DNA from: an uncultured Verrucomicrobiae bacterium
GTDB lineage: Bacteria; Verrucomicrobiota; Verrucomicrobiia; Palsa-1439
DNA length: 41,428 bases
NCBI GenBank assembly: GCA_963766065.1
Contig: CAVYAC010000076.1
Coordinates: 1-41,428 of the forward strand
Direction: 5' to 3'
The translations under genes were made by a program, and so were the position numbers. Below are positions 41,403 through 41,428 of this stretch, one piece after another (the first letter of the stretch is position 1; the number at the start of each line of letters is the position of its first letter). The notes under the pieces were generated by a model. It worked only from the letters and a program-made list of their open reading frames with translations. It was not told where the DNA came from and did no database searches.

Positions 41403-41428
41403 TGGCGGCCCCAACGGGATTCGAACCC
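41403..41428 (-). tRNA. 3' part of a tRNA (T-arm, acceptor strand, CCA), possibly tRNA-Glu; truncated by the window edge
   Basis: Minus strand GGGTTCGAATCCCGTTGGGGCCGCCA; anticodon not visible. Confidence 0.85.

Overview
GC-rich bacterial window, most likely Verrucomicrobiota (inferred from a Verru_Chthon-type pseudopilin cassette, GloVer-repeat proteins and PEP-CTERM proteins). Many genes carry single-base frameshifts that look like long-read assembly errors. Housekeeping and regulatory genes include recD2, hemB, a PTS-IIA regulator, lexA, an FAH-family hydrolase and a partial tRNA. They are interleaved with secreted-protein genes, a BrnT/CopG-type toxin-antitoxin pair and GTAG-type REP elements. 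The most unusual feature is a type II CRISPR-Cas locus at about 17.05-20.77 kb. In order it holds: a 40-codon N-terminal stub of one Cas9-like gene; a structured antisense tracrRNA candidate with its own promoter and only a 12-nt anti-repeat; a second, divergent Cas9 that keeps RuvC-I, bridge helix, REC and RuvC-II but jumps from the first residues of the HNH region to a short C-terminal tail (no HNH, no RuvC-III); cas1; cas2; and a two-repeat mini-array. The array repeat resembles a palindrome in the neighbouring lexA promoter. This could be a nuclease-dead regulatory Cas9 system or a decaying locus, and the sequence alone cannot decide. Also notable are a 5.1-kb integrase-less insert bounded by a duplicated FAH 3' end, and a phospholipase C gene bracketed by identical 38-bp direct repeats.
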